Shown here: one piece after another, positions 50,228 to 59,054 of the stretch
How positions within the stretch are numbered: the first letter of the stretch is position 1
Layout: every line of letters begins with the position of its first letter
DNA from: an uncultured Chloroflexia bacterium
Lineage (GTDB): Bacteria > Chloroflexota > Limnocylindria > Limnocylindrales > CSP1-4
NCBI GenBank assembly: GCA_963749705.1
Contig: CAVVNQ010000018.1
Span: 32,001 to 96,000 of the forward strand
DNA length: 64,000 nt
Reading direction: 5' to 3'
Program-made: the position numbers and the translations under genes
The notes under the pieces: model-generated
What the model was told of the DNA's origin: nothing
The model's input: only the letters and a program-made list of their open reading frames with translations
The model's database searches: none

Positions 50228-51922
50228 CTACGCGCGCGACCCCTGCATCGGCGCCTGCTCCTCGACCGCCGCCCAGGCACGAACCTGATCGCGCCTGACC
50301 TTGAACGTGTGCGTCCGTGGGAAGTCCGGCTCGGGCCACAGGCGCCAGCCCTCGATCCGCTGGTTGGGGCCGAGCGACCGGTTCGCCTCCTTGATCACCG
50401 CGGCGATCTCTGAACGCAGCGGGTCGTCGCCGCCGGGCGCCGCCGCCCCAGCCGTGCCTGCCCCGGCCGTCCCTGCCCCGGCCCCCGCGTCGGCCGGGAG
50501 CCGCCCAACCGGCGCCAGCACCACGACCTCGATCCGCCCGGGCTTCGTCTCGAGCGCCACGGAGTCGCGGACGCCGGCCACGCGCAGCGCGTTCTCGATG
50601 TCCTCGGGGAACACGTTGAACCCGTTGGGCAGGACGATGATGTCCTTCTTGCGGCCGTGGAGGTGAAGCCGGCCCTGCGCGTCGACCTGGCCCAGGTCGC
50701 CGGACCGGTACCAGCCGTCGGCGGTGAACGCCTCGGCCGTGGCCTCCGGGTTCTCCCAGTAGCCCTTGAACAGGTTCGGGCCGGCGAACTGGATCTCGCC
50801 GTCGTCGGCGATCCGCATCCTGACCGGCTCCGGCGGCCAGCCGACGCAGCCCGGCGGATGGTCGGCCATCGTCGTGCAGCAGCCAGCCGCCGTCTCGGTC
50901 GAGCCGTAGCCCTGGAGCACGATCACGCCCATGTCCTCCCACGCCTGCTGGAGGGCAGGCGGCAGGAACGCCCCGGCGCACGCGAACAGCCGCAGGCCGC
51001 CGCCGAACTGCCGGTGCACGCTGCCGAACAGGAGCCGGCGCGCCCACATCGGCAGCCGGCGCGCGATCCGCCGCAGGCGCTCGAACGACGCCGTCCGGCC
51101 CTGCTTCGCAACCTCGCGCTCGATCGCGCTCCAGAACAGGTCCAGCAGCTGGGGCACCAGCAGCATCGTCGTGACCCGGTGGTCGTGGAGCGCCTCGAAG
51201 ATGACCCGCGGGTTGCGGCTTCGCACGTACAGGATGTCGGCGCCGACATCGAGCGCGTAGTACAGCGACACCGCCTGCTCGAGCGAGTGGGACAACGGCA
51301 GCAGCGACACCAGCCGGTGCTCCATCGGCTTGATGATCCCGTGGAACGACCGGACGCCGGCCAGCACGTTGTCGTGGGCGAGCATCACGCCCTTGGGATT
51401 GCCGGTCGTGCCCGAGGTGAACACGAGCTCGAACACCTCGTCGGGACGCGGGCGAGGCCAGGCGGCGACCTGCGCCTCCCAGTCGGGCGGGAAGGTGTCA
51501 TCGGGCTCGAGCGACAGGTCGTCCACGATCGTGGTCGGGAACGCCTCGAGCCCCACCTCGGCCGGGTCGCCGGCGTCGCGACCGCTGCCCAGCGCGAGAT
51601 GCACCGCGCCCGACACCTCGACGATCCGCCGGATCGTGTCCGGGGCCATCCGGGCGTCGAGCGGGACGAAGATCAGGCGCGCCATCATCGCGCCGAAGTA
51701 GGCCGCCGGCAACGCCGGCGTCGACGGCGACCACGTCAGCAGCCGGTCACCCGGCTGGAGCCCGATGGCGCGCAGCCGCCATGCCGCGATCCGGCTCCGC
51801 CGCAGCAGCTCGCGGTACGTCCAGTGGAACGTCGAGCCGTCGTCGCGGCGAAGACCCAGCGCCGGACGGTCGGCGTACCGCGCCGCGCTGGTCTCGAGGA
51901 GATCGACCAGGGTCTCCATCAT
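50228..51922 (-). CDS. AMP-dependent (long-chain acyl-CoA) synthetase/ligase
   Basis: FTSGTTGNPKGV, QGYGSTE, WYRSGDLG, GRKKDII and PRTHTFKV. Confidence 0.9.
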   Translation of the reverse strand: MMETLVDLLETSAARYADRPALGLRRDDGSTFHWTYRELLRRSRIAAWRLRAIGLQPGDRLLTWSPSTPALPAAYFGAMMARLIFVPLDARMAPDTIRRIVEVSGAVHLALGSGRDAGDPAEVGLEAFPTTIVDDLSLEPDDTFPPDWEAQVAAWPRPRPDEVFELVFTSGTTGNPKGVMLAHDNVLAGVRSFHGIIKPMEHRLVSLLPLSHSLEQAVSLYYALDVGADILYVRSRNPRVIFEALHDHRVTTMLLVPQLLDLFWSAIEREVAKQGRTASFERLRRIARRLPMWARRLLFGSVHRQFGGGLRLFACAGAFLPPALQQAWEDMGVIVLQGYGSTETAAGCCTTMADHPPGCVGWPPEPVRMRIADDGEIQFAGPNLFKGYWENPEATAEAFTADGWYRSGDLGQVDAQGRLHLHGRKKDIIVLPNGFNVFPEDIENALRVAGVRDSVALETKPGRIEVVVLAPVGRLPADAGAGAGTAGAGTAGAAAPGGDDPLRSEIAAVIKEANRSLGPNQRIEGWRLWPEPDFPRTHTFKVRRDQVRAWAAVEEQAPMQGSRA

Positions 51923-51986
51923 CGAGCGATGCTAGCCCTGCGCGGAACCGCGTGCCGGCTAGGCCCGGAGCAGCATCATCGACCGT

Positions 51987-53186
51987 TCAGGTCGCCCCCC
52001 GGCTGACGTGCCGCGTCTCGGGCAGGAGCGCGATGAACGGAAGCCCCAGCAGCGCGGCACCCGCGGCCAGGATCAGCGCCGCCTGGAGGCCGATCGCCTC
52101 GCCCAGGGCGCCGACCACGACCGTGCCCAGGGCGCTGGTCAGCGTGATCACGAAGATGCTCAGGCCAACCGCCGCGCTCCGGTTGTCGGGCATCAGCTCC
52201 TGCATCAGCACCAGCTGGACGGGGCCGGCGCTGAGCAGCGCCACCCCCGCGACCGCCAGCACCACGAGCGTGAGCGGCCCGATCGGCATCGCGAGCGCGA
52301 GGATCAGCAGGGGTGCGCCGACGCCGACCGAGATCGCGAGCATCGTGCGGCGGCCGATCCGGTCGGACAGGGTGCCACCCAGGAAGGCGCCGGTCGCGCC
52401 CCCGATCTCGAACGCGGTCACCGCCGCGCCCGCGAGCACGAGGTCGGCGCCGGCTCCCGTGAGGTAGGTGGGGATGAACACGAGCATCCCGACGCTCGCC
52501 ATCGACAGCATCGAGCTCGCGCCCGCGAGCAGGAGGAACCCCCGACGCGCGGAGCGAAGGGCGACGCGGATCGAGCCGGCCCGGCCGCGCAGGTGGACCT
52601 CGGGTCGATGGGCGAGGCGCAGGTACAGGAACCCCGAGGCGAGGACCCCCGGCACGATCGCAAGCCAGCTCCAGCCGAGACCGACGACCGACAGCACGGC
52701 GGCGATCACGACCGGCCCGAGCGCGCGGCCCGATTCGCCGCCGGTCATGAAGATCGACGTCCCGCGGCCCCACTGCGTCCCCGACGAGCGGGTCACCAGC
52801 GCGGCCGCGGCCGGGTGGAACACGGCGGAGCTCAGCCCGGCCAGCACCAGCAGCAGGGCGATGAGGGCGGGCACGGGTGCCAGGCCCAGCAGGCCGATGG
52901 CGATCGCCGTCGCCCCCGGCGCGAGGATGATCCAGTAGCGAGTGTCGGCCCGGTCCGCCACGACGCCCAGGATCGGCTGGACCGCCGTCGCGAGCCGGAA
53001 CGTCGCGGCGAGCAGGCCGGCGACACCGAGCGTGATCCCGAGCTTGGGGATGAGCAGCGGCAGCAGCACCCCGATGAACGCCGGGTACGTGTCGTGGACG
53101 AGGTGCGCGCCGGAGACGAGCAGGATCGTCGGCGTGTCGAAGGGTGCCGTGTGCGCTGGGCGCGGATCGGCGGCGGGTTGGGCCAT
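51987..53186 (-). CDS. MFS transporter (Fsr-like)
   Basis: AHLVHDTY, QPILG..AD, SAVFHP and GTLSDRIGRR. Confidence 0.88.
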   Translation of the reverse strand: MAQPAADPRPAHTAPFDTPTILLVSGAHLVHDTYPAFIGVLLPLLIPKLGITLGVAGLLAATFRLATAVQPILGVVADRADTRYWIILAPGATAIAIGLLGLAPVPALIALLLVLAGLSSAVFHPAAAALVTRSSGTQWGRGTSIFMTGGESGRALGPVVIAAVLSVVGLGWSWLAIVPGVLASGFLYLRLAHRPEVHLRGRAGSIRVALRSARRGFLLLAGASSMLSMASVGMLVFIPTYLTGAGADLVLAGAAVTAFEIGGATGAFLGGTLSDRIGRRTMLAISVGVGAPLLILALAMPIGPLTLVVLAVAGVALLSAGPVQLVLMQELMPDNRSAAVGLSIFVITLTSALGTVVVGALGEAIGLQAALILAAGAALLGLPFIALLPETRHVSRGAT

Positions 53187-53255
53187 GGAGGCGCCATTGT
53201 CGCCGGTTTCGGAGGGCCGGGCCGGGCCGGCATCGCGTGGGTCGCTTCGAGTCGC

Positions 53256-53925
53256 CTACGGCGATGGGTGCCGGGAGATCGCCGACCCGGCGGCTCGGTT
53301 GCCCGTGACGGCCACGAGCCCAAGGGCGGCGAGGAGGAGCACCGTCTCCAGGCCCGCGCCGGTCAACGTGAGCGCGCCGCCGTCGTACCCGCTCCCGATC
53401 ACCTCGGCCCCGTTGCCGGTCTCTCCACCGATGGCCCGGCCCTCGCCCTGGGCGCCCGTCCCGCCGTCGCACGCCGTCACTCGTGTACGTCGGCGAGGCG
53501 ACCGTCCCGGTCTCCTCCCAGCAGCGCCCGCCCGTGGTCGCCAGCAGCGCGACGCCGGCGCCGACGATCAGCACCACGACCGCCGCGGCGACCGCGCCGT
53601 CGCGCCGGCGGTGGTCGGAGGCGGGCGCAATCCGTGCTCCGAGGGCGAGGAGCAGGAGGCCCGGGGCCGCGAACGGGAACGCCGCGACCGAGAGGATGAT
53701 GCCGACGAGGCAGACGACCCCCGCCCCCACCACGACCAATGGTCGTCGCTGGATCGAGGCGATGATCGCGACGATGCCGGCCGTCGCGTATAGCGCGGGG
53801 ATCGCGATCGATCGCGGCACGTCCTCGGGCGGGCCGCCATGCTCCTGGACCTGGATGAACACGCCGAGCGCGACGGCCATCGCGACCACGACCAGGCCCA
53901 CCATCGCTGCCAGCCTTCGATGCAC
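53256..53925 (-). pseudogene. Hypothetical membrane protein split by an apparent frameshift at about 53481
   Basis: The hydrophobic frame 53925-53482 (to CWEETGTVASPTYT) continues sensibly only in frame 53480-53256 (VTACDGG...LETVLLLAALGLVAV). Confidence 0.55.
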
Positions 53926-54067
53926 GGTCAGCTGGATCGGTGCTCTTCGGGTCGACCATCCATGCCCTGCAGTTACATGCTCTTGCTAGGTAGCATGTTA
54001 GCCGTCGCGGTGTGAATTGGTCAACATTCGGAGAGCGGACGTCGCCGTCCCGACCGGCAGCTGGCGC

Positions 54068-54514
54068 TCAGACTCGTGCCAGCCAGCGATCGAACTCCGT
54101 CCTCGTCCGTCTGCCCACCTGGACCGCTGCGCCACGCTTGAAGGACGAGCTCCCGAAGATGTGCGTGTACCCGCCAAGGTCCGTCGGGAGATAGAAGTCG
54201 CCGTACTTGATCATCGCCACCCGAGTCGGGCCGAAGTGGCCGTAGAAGAAGCCGAACTCGAACAGCACGTTCAGGTTCGGCACCTGCACGGTGTTCCCGC
54301 GGATCACGGTCTCGGACTCGGGCGACATCACGAGGACGGCGGCGTCGACCTGCTCGCGGATCGCGTCGAGGTTCTGGAGCAGGGTCGTGCCGGGAACAAA
54401 GGCGTCCCACCATGGCAGGAACTCGAGCGTGGCGCCTGAGAACTTCCTGACGATGGCCTTTGCCTGCGATCGCGCCGCGCCGGACGATCCGATGAAGACG
54501 CGAGTGCGCGGCAC
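54068..54514 (-). CDS. Stand-alone TIR-domain protein (CAP12/Pycsar-type TIR, PF10137-like)
   Basis: GTG 54514 after GGGAGG; 148 aa with VFIGSS, DAAVLVMSP, NVLFEFGFFYG.FG..R and LPTDLGG. Confidence 0.82.
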   Translation of the reverse strand: MPRTRVFIGSSGAARSQAKAIVRKFSGATLEFLPWWDAFVPGTTLLQNLDAIREQVDAAVLVMSPESETVIRGNTVQVPNLNVLFEFGFFYGHFGPTRVAMIKYGDFYLPTDLGGYTHIFGSSSFKRGAAVQVGRRTRTEFDRWLARV

Positions 54515-54742
54515 CGGCTCCCTCCCGTTCAAATGCTGATGTTGCCGCCTCGCCGGGTGCGCGCGCTCCATGGTGCATGGAGGGCGACCGGGCGATCTTT
54601 CCCCGGGAGTATGACGCTCAGGTGAGTGGACGCGCGGCTGGTGAAACATGCGACTTGACAGGAGCATGAATCTCGGACGATACTTGCGCGTGGCAGATAG
54701 CAAGTATTGGCATCGCATGACAGCTCGGTTGGAGACAGGACC

Positions 54743-55669
54743 ATGGCTCGCCACGCAGTCACTGGAGCGCTCGGGTTCTCCGGGCGTCATCTCACCGCGA
54801 GGCTCCTCGGCCGAGGTGACGAGGTCGTCAATCTCACGAACCATCCCGACCGGCGCGACCCGTTCTCCGGCCGCGTGCCGGCGTCACCGCTCGATTTCGA
54901 TCGTCCGGCGGTCCTGGTGGCAGCCCTCGAGGGCGTCGACACGCTGTTCAACACCTACTGGGTCCGCTTCCCGCGTGACGGGCTAACGCACGCCGCTGCG
55001 GTTCGCAACTCGACCACGCTGTTCGAGGCGGCTCGGGCAGCCGGTGTACGTCGGATCGTCCACGTGAGCATCGCCAATCCGTCCCCGACATCCCACCTTT
55101 CCTATTACCGGGGCAAGGCACAGGTCGAGGCTGCCCTTGCTCGTTCGGGTGTCTCGCACGCCGTGCTTCGCCCGACCGTCCTGTTCGGCGACGAGCCGAT
55201 CCTTCCGAACGCGATCGCCTGGGTGCTCCGCCGCTTTCCGATCTTCGGAATCCCGGGAGACGGCCGGTATGGCGTCCAGCCCGTCCATGTCGACGACCTG
55301 GTCGCGCTGGCGCTTGAGGCGGCCGCCCGCGACGACGATCTCACTTGGGACGCCGTGGGACCCGAGATCTATTCCTTCGAGGAGCTCGTGGCCGTCATCC
55401 GAGATGCGGTTGGCTCACCCGCACGGCTCGTGCACATGCCCGCGCCGATGGCTCTCGGCGTCGCGATGGTGCTTGGCCGTGCCGTGAGCGACGTGTTGCT
55501 CACCGGCGAGGAGCTGGAGGGCTTGATGGGCGGCCTGCTCGTGAGCACCGACCTGCCGAGAGGCGAGCGGCGCCTCAGCGACTGGCTTGGCGACAATGGA
55601 AACTGGCTTGGGCGGGCATACCTGTCCGAGGTGGGTCGCCACTTCAGGATGAGTGCGGCCGGCTCGTAG
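54743..55669 (+). CDS. NAD(P)-dependent epimerase/dehydratase (atypical SDR, NDUFA9-like)
   Basis: VTGALGFSG, YYRGK, LRPTVLFG and QPVHVDD. Confidence 0.85.
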   Translation: MARHAVTGALGFSGRHLTARLLGRGDEVVNLTNHPDRRDPFSGRVPASPLDFDRPAVLVAALEGVDTLFNTYWVRFPRDGLTHAAAVRNSTTLFEAARAAGVRRIVHVSIANPSPTSHLSYYRGKAQVEAALARSGVSHAVLRPTVLFGDEPILPNAIAWVLRRFPIFGIPGDGRYGVQPVHVDDLVALALEAAARDDDLTWDAVGPEIYSFEELVAVIRDAVGSPARLVHMPAPMALGVAMVLGRAVSDVLLTGEELEGLMGGLLVSTDLPRGERRLSDWLGDNGNWLGRAYLSEVGRHFRMSAAGS

Positions 55670-55749
55670 CGGCGCTGTCAGGGTCAGGTCGGGCCCCGCA
55701 CCGTAGGCGAGGCGCCGCGGGCAAGGAGGTGGCCGCAACTTGCGGCGCG

Positions 55750-56766
55750 TCAGCCCAGGCAGACCCGCAGGTCGTAGGCCCAGAACGCGAGGACCTCTCG
55801 GGCGATCAGGAGCGGCATCTCGCCGATCGGCTCGGGGTCGGCGGCCGGCACCGTCAGGACATCGATGCCCTCGCTCGCGAAGGCGAGCTGCACGCGTGGC
55901 AGGTGGTACGCCTGGCTGACGGCGATGACCTGCCCAGGGCCGGTCGCCCCGCCGCCGGCCGACCGCATGGCCGACACGTTGACGACCGTCGCCTCGGTCG
56001 AGGTCCCGACGGGATCGACCAGGATCGCCGAAGGATCGACCCCCTCGGCGATGGCGACGTCACGCATCACCCGCGCCTCGTTGAACCCGTCACTGCCGTC
56101 GCCACCGGACATGATCAGCAGCGGCACGAGGCCGCTGCGGTAGAGCTCGACGCCGGTCCGGATGCGGTCTGCCAGCAGCGGCGATGGCTGGCCGGAGGCG
56201 TACACGCGGGCCCCGAAGATCACCGCGACATCGGCGGGCCGCCGGTAGTCGGTGGTACCGAAGAACAGCATCTGCGCCAGGGGAAAGACGACGGCCCAGG
56301 CGCCGACGGCAACGCCAAGGGCGATCACGCCGCGTACCCCACCGGGTGAGTGCTCGCGCCGCATCCGGAGGGCACCGATCGCCAAACCGACGATCAGCAG
56401 CGCGATGGGCAGCGACAGAGGAACGTCGACGAACGGCCGCACGTTGCCCCCGGCCACCACCGAGTAGAACCGGACGACGTCGCGGACCGCGAAGCCCGCA
56501 AACACCCCGCACGCGGCCGCGGTCGCCCCCCGGAGTCGCGGGCCGGGCGCCGGATGGATCGCCCATGCCGCGAGCAGGCCGCCGAATGCCCCGAGCATCA
56601 CCAGCCGCACGACCGACGGCAGGTCGCGCAGGTCGATCCACCACAGGCTGACATCGAGGGTCCGGCCGCGCAGCTCGCCGATGAGCCCGACGATGGTGAT
56701 CGCGGCAAGGAACATGGCGGCCCCGCGCAGGCCCAGGGTCGCGATCAGGTACAGGCGAGCTCGCAC
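55750..56766 (-). CDS. Membrane protein with a C-terminal DUF218 (YdcF/SanA/ElyC-like) domain
   Basis: About 5 N-terminal TMs, then VIFGA, LADRI, MSGG, EA.VM, SQAYHLPR and RE.LA. Confidence 0.85.
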   Translation of the reverse strand: MRARLYLIATLGLRGAAMFLAAITIVGLIGELRGRTLDVSLWWIDLRDLPSVVRLVMLGAFGGLLAAWAIHPAPGPRLRGATAAACGVFAGFAVRDVVRFYSVVAGGNVRPFVDVPLSLPIALLIVGLAIGALRMRREHSPGGVRGVIALGVAVGAWAVVFPLAQMLFFGTTDYRRPADVAVIFGARVYASGQPSPLLADRIRTGVELYRSGLVPLLIMSGGDGSDGFNEARVMRDVAIAEGVDPSAILVDPVGTSTEATVVNVSAMRSAGGGATGPGQVIAVSQAYHLPRVQLAFASEGIDVLTVPAADPEPIGEMPLLIAREVLAFWAYDLRVCLG

Positions 56767-56891
56767 GATGGCCGGACGCGTCGCCCGGCCGCAATGTGAC
56801 TCGACCGGGCGCGAGGGAGTGGCCGGCCTGGCGACGCCGGAGACGATGAGTGCGAGGCTCGCCCGAGCTTGGTCGAGCCGGCGGTGCGCCC

Positions 56892-57905
56892 CTATCCCTC
56901 GTACCCGCTCGGGTTCCGGCTCTGCCAGCGCCAGACGTCGGCAATCATCTCGTCGAGACTTCGGGTCGCCCGCCAGGCGAGCACTCGGGCGGCCTTGGAA
57001 GCGTCGGCATAGCTGGCCGGCACGTCGCCTGGTCTCCTGGCGACCACCTCCGCAGGGATTGACCGGCCCGTCACCCGTTCGAAGGCGGCCACCATCTGCA
57101 GGACCGAGACACCGGTGCCCGTACCGAGATTGATCACGTCGTATCCGGGGTTGGCAGCCAGGCTCTCGACGGCGGCCACGTGACCCTCGGCCAGATCCAT
57201 CACATGGATGTAGTCCCGGATGCCGGTGCCGTCGGGCGTCGCGTAGTCATCGCCGAAGATCCCCAGCACGGGACGGCGCCCCACCGCGACCTGGGCGAGG
57301 AACGGGACGAGGTTGGCCGGTACGCCCTGCGGATCCTCGCCGATGAGCCCGGACGGGTGAGCGCCGACAGGGTTGAAGTATCGCAACGAGAGCGCATTCC
57401 AGCGGACGTCGGACCGATGGAGATCGAGCAGGATCCCCTCGCACATGAGCTTCGTGCGACCGTACGGGTTGACCGCGGTGGTCGGCGCCCCCTCCGTGTA
57501 CGGGAGCTGGTCGCTGAGCCCGTAGACCGTTGCCGAGGAGCTGTACACGATGTTGTGGATCCCATGGTCCGCCATCACCTGGAGCAGCGTGATGGTGCCG
57601 CCAACTCCGTTGGCGTAGTAGTACAGCGGCCGCTCCACGGATTCGCCCACCGCCTTGGGGGCGGCAAGGTGAATGACCGCGTCGAACGTGCGCTGCTTCA
57701 TGATCTCGGAGAGCGCCGTCGGATCGGTGACATCGGCCTCGAAGAAGTCCACCTTGTTGCCCGTGATCGCGCGCAACCTGTCGAGCACCGCGGGTTTCGA
57801 GTTGGCGAAGTTGTCGAGAAGGGTCACCTCGTGCCCGGCATCGACGAGGGCGACGGAGGTATGGCTACCGATGTATCCGGTGCCGCCAGTCAGCAGGATC
57901 CTCAT
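56892..57905 (-). CDS. galE: UDP-glucose 4-epimerase
   Basis: TGGTGYIGSH, KAVGESV, SSSATVYG, YGRTK, LRYFNPVGAH and DGTGIRDYIHV. Confidence 0.96.
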   Translation of the reverse strand: MRILLTGGTGYIGSHTSVALVDAGHEVTLLDNFANSKPAVLDRLRAITGNKVDFFEADVTDPTALSEIMKQRTFDAVIHLAAPKAVGESVERPLYYYANGVGGTITLLQVMADHGIHNIVYSSSATVYGLSDQLPYTEGAPTTAVNPYGRTKLMCEGILLDLHRSDVRWNALSLRYFNPVGAHPSGLIGEDPQGVPANLVPFLAQVAVGRRPVLGIFGDDYATPDGTGIRDYIHVMDLAEGHVAAVESLAANPGYDVINLGTGTGVSVLQMVAAFERVTGRSIPAEVVARRPGDVPASYADASKAARVLAWRATRSLDEMIADVWRWQSRNPSGYEG

Positions 57906-58104
57906 CCTCATCCTCGGAAACGTCGGGTCATCCAGCGAGATTGGCGTGACGCCGAAGGCGGCAGTCGCGCGGGATGTGCCGGCGGCTGACGATGAGCTGG
58001 CGGCCACATCACTCTAACCCGCGCATCGTTTGACGGGTTAGGAGATAGAACCGGTCGAAAACGCGCCGCCGGCCGCGGGTCACGTGCCCCCTGCGTCGGC
58101 TCGT

Positions 58105-58133
58105 TTGACCCGGTTCCGGTGCGCGCGTACACT
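58105..58133 (+). promoter_or_regulatory. Sigma70-type promoter of rpsU
   Basis: TTGACC, 17 nt, TACACT. Confidence 0.75.
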
Positions 58134-58255
58134 CCGGCGGCCTGCCGACAGGCTGATGCGCCTCGCGCGCGCGGCCTCCGGGACGCCCCCTGCGCCGTCG
58201 GGCATCGCGTGCGGGAGGCGGGTGCGAGACCACTGCCCGAGGAGGTGAACCGGGA

Positions 58256-58441
58256 TTGGCCGAAGTCCGAGTGGGTGAGAACGAGACGTTCGAGAGCGCC
58301 CTGCGCCGCTTCAACAAGAAGATCCAGCAGAGCGGCATCCTCGCCGAGGCTCGCCGGCGCGAGCACTACGAGAAGCCGTCGGTGAAGCGGAAGCGCAAGG
58401 AAGCGAAGCGCAAGAAGAACGCACGCGCGAGCCAGGGCTGA
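58256..58441 (+). CDS. rpsU: 30S ribosomal protein S21
   Basis: [25 protein letters not shown]; strong AGGAGGTGA RBS; TTG start. Confidence 0.97.
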   Translation: MAEVRVGENETFESALRRFNKKIQQSGILAEARRREHYEKPSVKRKRKEAKRKKNARASQG

Positions 58442-58559
58442 GCCGCTTCGGCGGTTCACCAGTCCACGCGTCGACCGGGACCGGGATCCCGGGTCCCCAC
58501 CATCGGCGCAGCTCGCGGGCACGTCGTCTCCGACGCCGTGACACCCGAGGAGCCATCCG

Positions 58560-59036
58560 GTGACCCTTCGCGAACGACTCCACGCTGATACGACCGCCGC
58601 GATGCGGTCGGGTGACGCGCTGCGCCGCGACGTGCTGCGGATGGTCCAGAACGCCATCTACAACATCGAGAAGGCGAACAAGGTCGCGTTGTCCGAGGAC
58701 GAGGTCCTGGGCGTCGTGGTGCGCGAGGTGAAGACCCGCCGCGAGAGCGTCGAGGCGTTCCGCAAGGGCGGGCGCGAGGACCTCGCGACCAAGGAGGAGG
58801 CGGAGATCGCCATCCTCGGTGACTACCTGCCCGCGGCGCTCACCGATGCCGAGCTGCGCGCGCTCGTCGACGAGGGCATCGCCGCGACCGGCGCGTCGAG
58901 CGCCCGCGACCTGGGCAAGGTCATGGGCTGGCTGTCCCCCAGGATCCGGGGCCGGGCCGACGGCAAGGTCGCATCCGGGCTGGTCGCGTCGGCGCTGGCG
59001 CGCAGCGACCTTGCCGGCCACGACGGGGCCCACTGA
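58560..59036 (+). CDS. GatB/YqeY domain protein
   Basis: AMRSGD, KTRRESVEAF..GGREDL, YLP and DLGKVMG...GRADG. Confidence 0.93.
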   Translation: MTLRERLHADTTAAMRSGDALRRDVLRMVQNAIYNIEKANKVALSEDEVLGVVVREVKTRRESVEAFRKGGREDLATKEEAEIAILGDYLPAALTDAELRALVDEGIAATGASSARDLGKVMGWLSPRIRGRADGKVASGLVASALARSDLAGHDGAH

Positions 59037-59054
59037 GGCCGGCGGCGAACCAGC

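Noticed and set aside
49920-50288. 122-aa ORF spanning element copy B
   Set aside because: Low-complexity translation of repeats with no recognisable similarity to the HTH-nuclease; overlaps the ligase 3' end.
53973-54003. Possible dif/Xer site (ATGTTA)
   Set aside because: Only 6 nt resemble the XerD arm; there is no 11-6-11 match.
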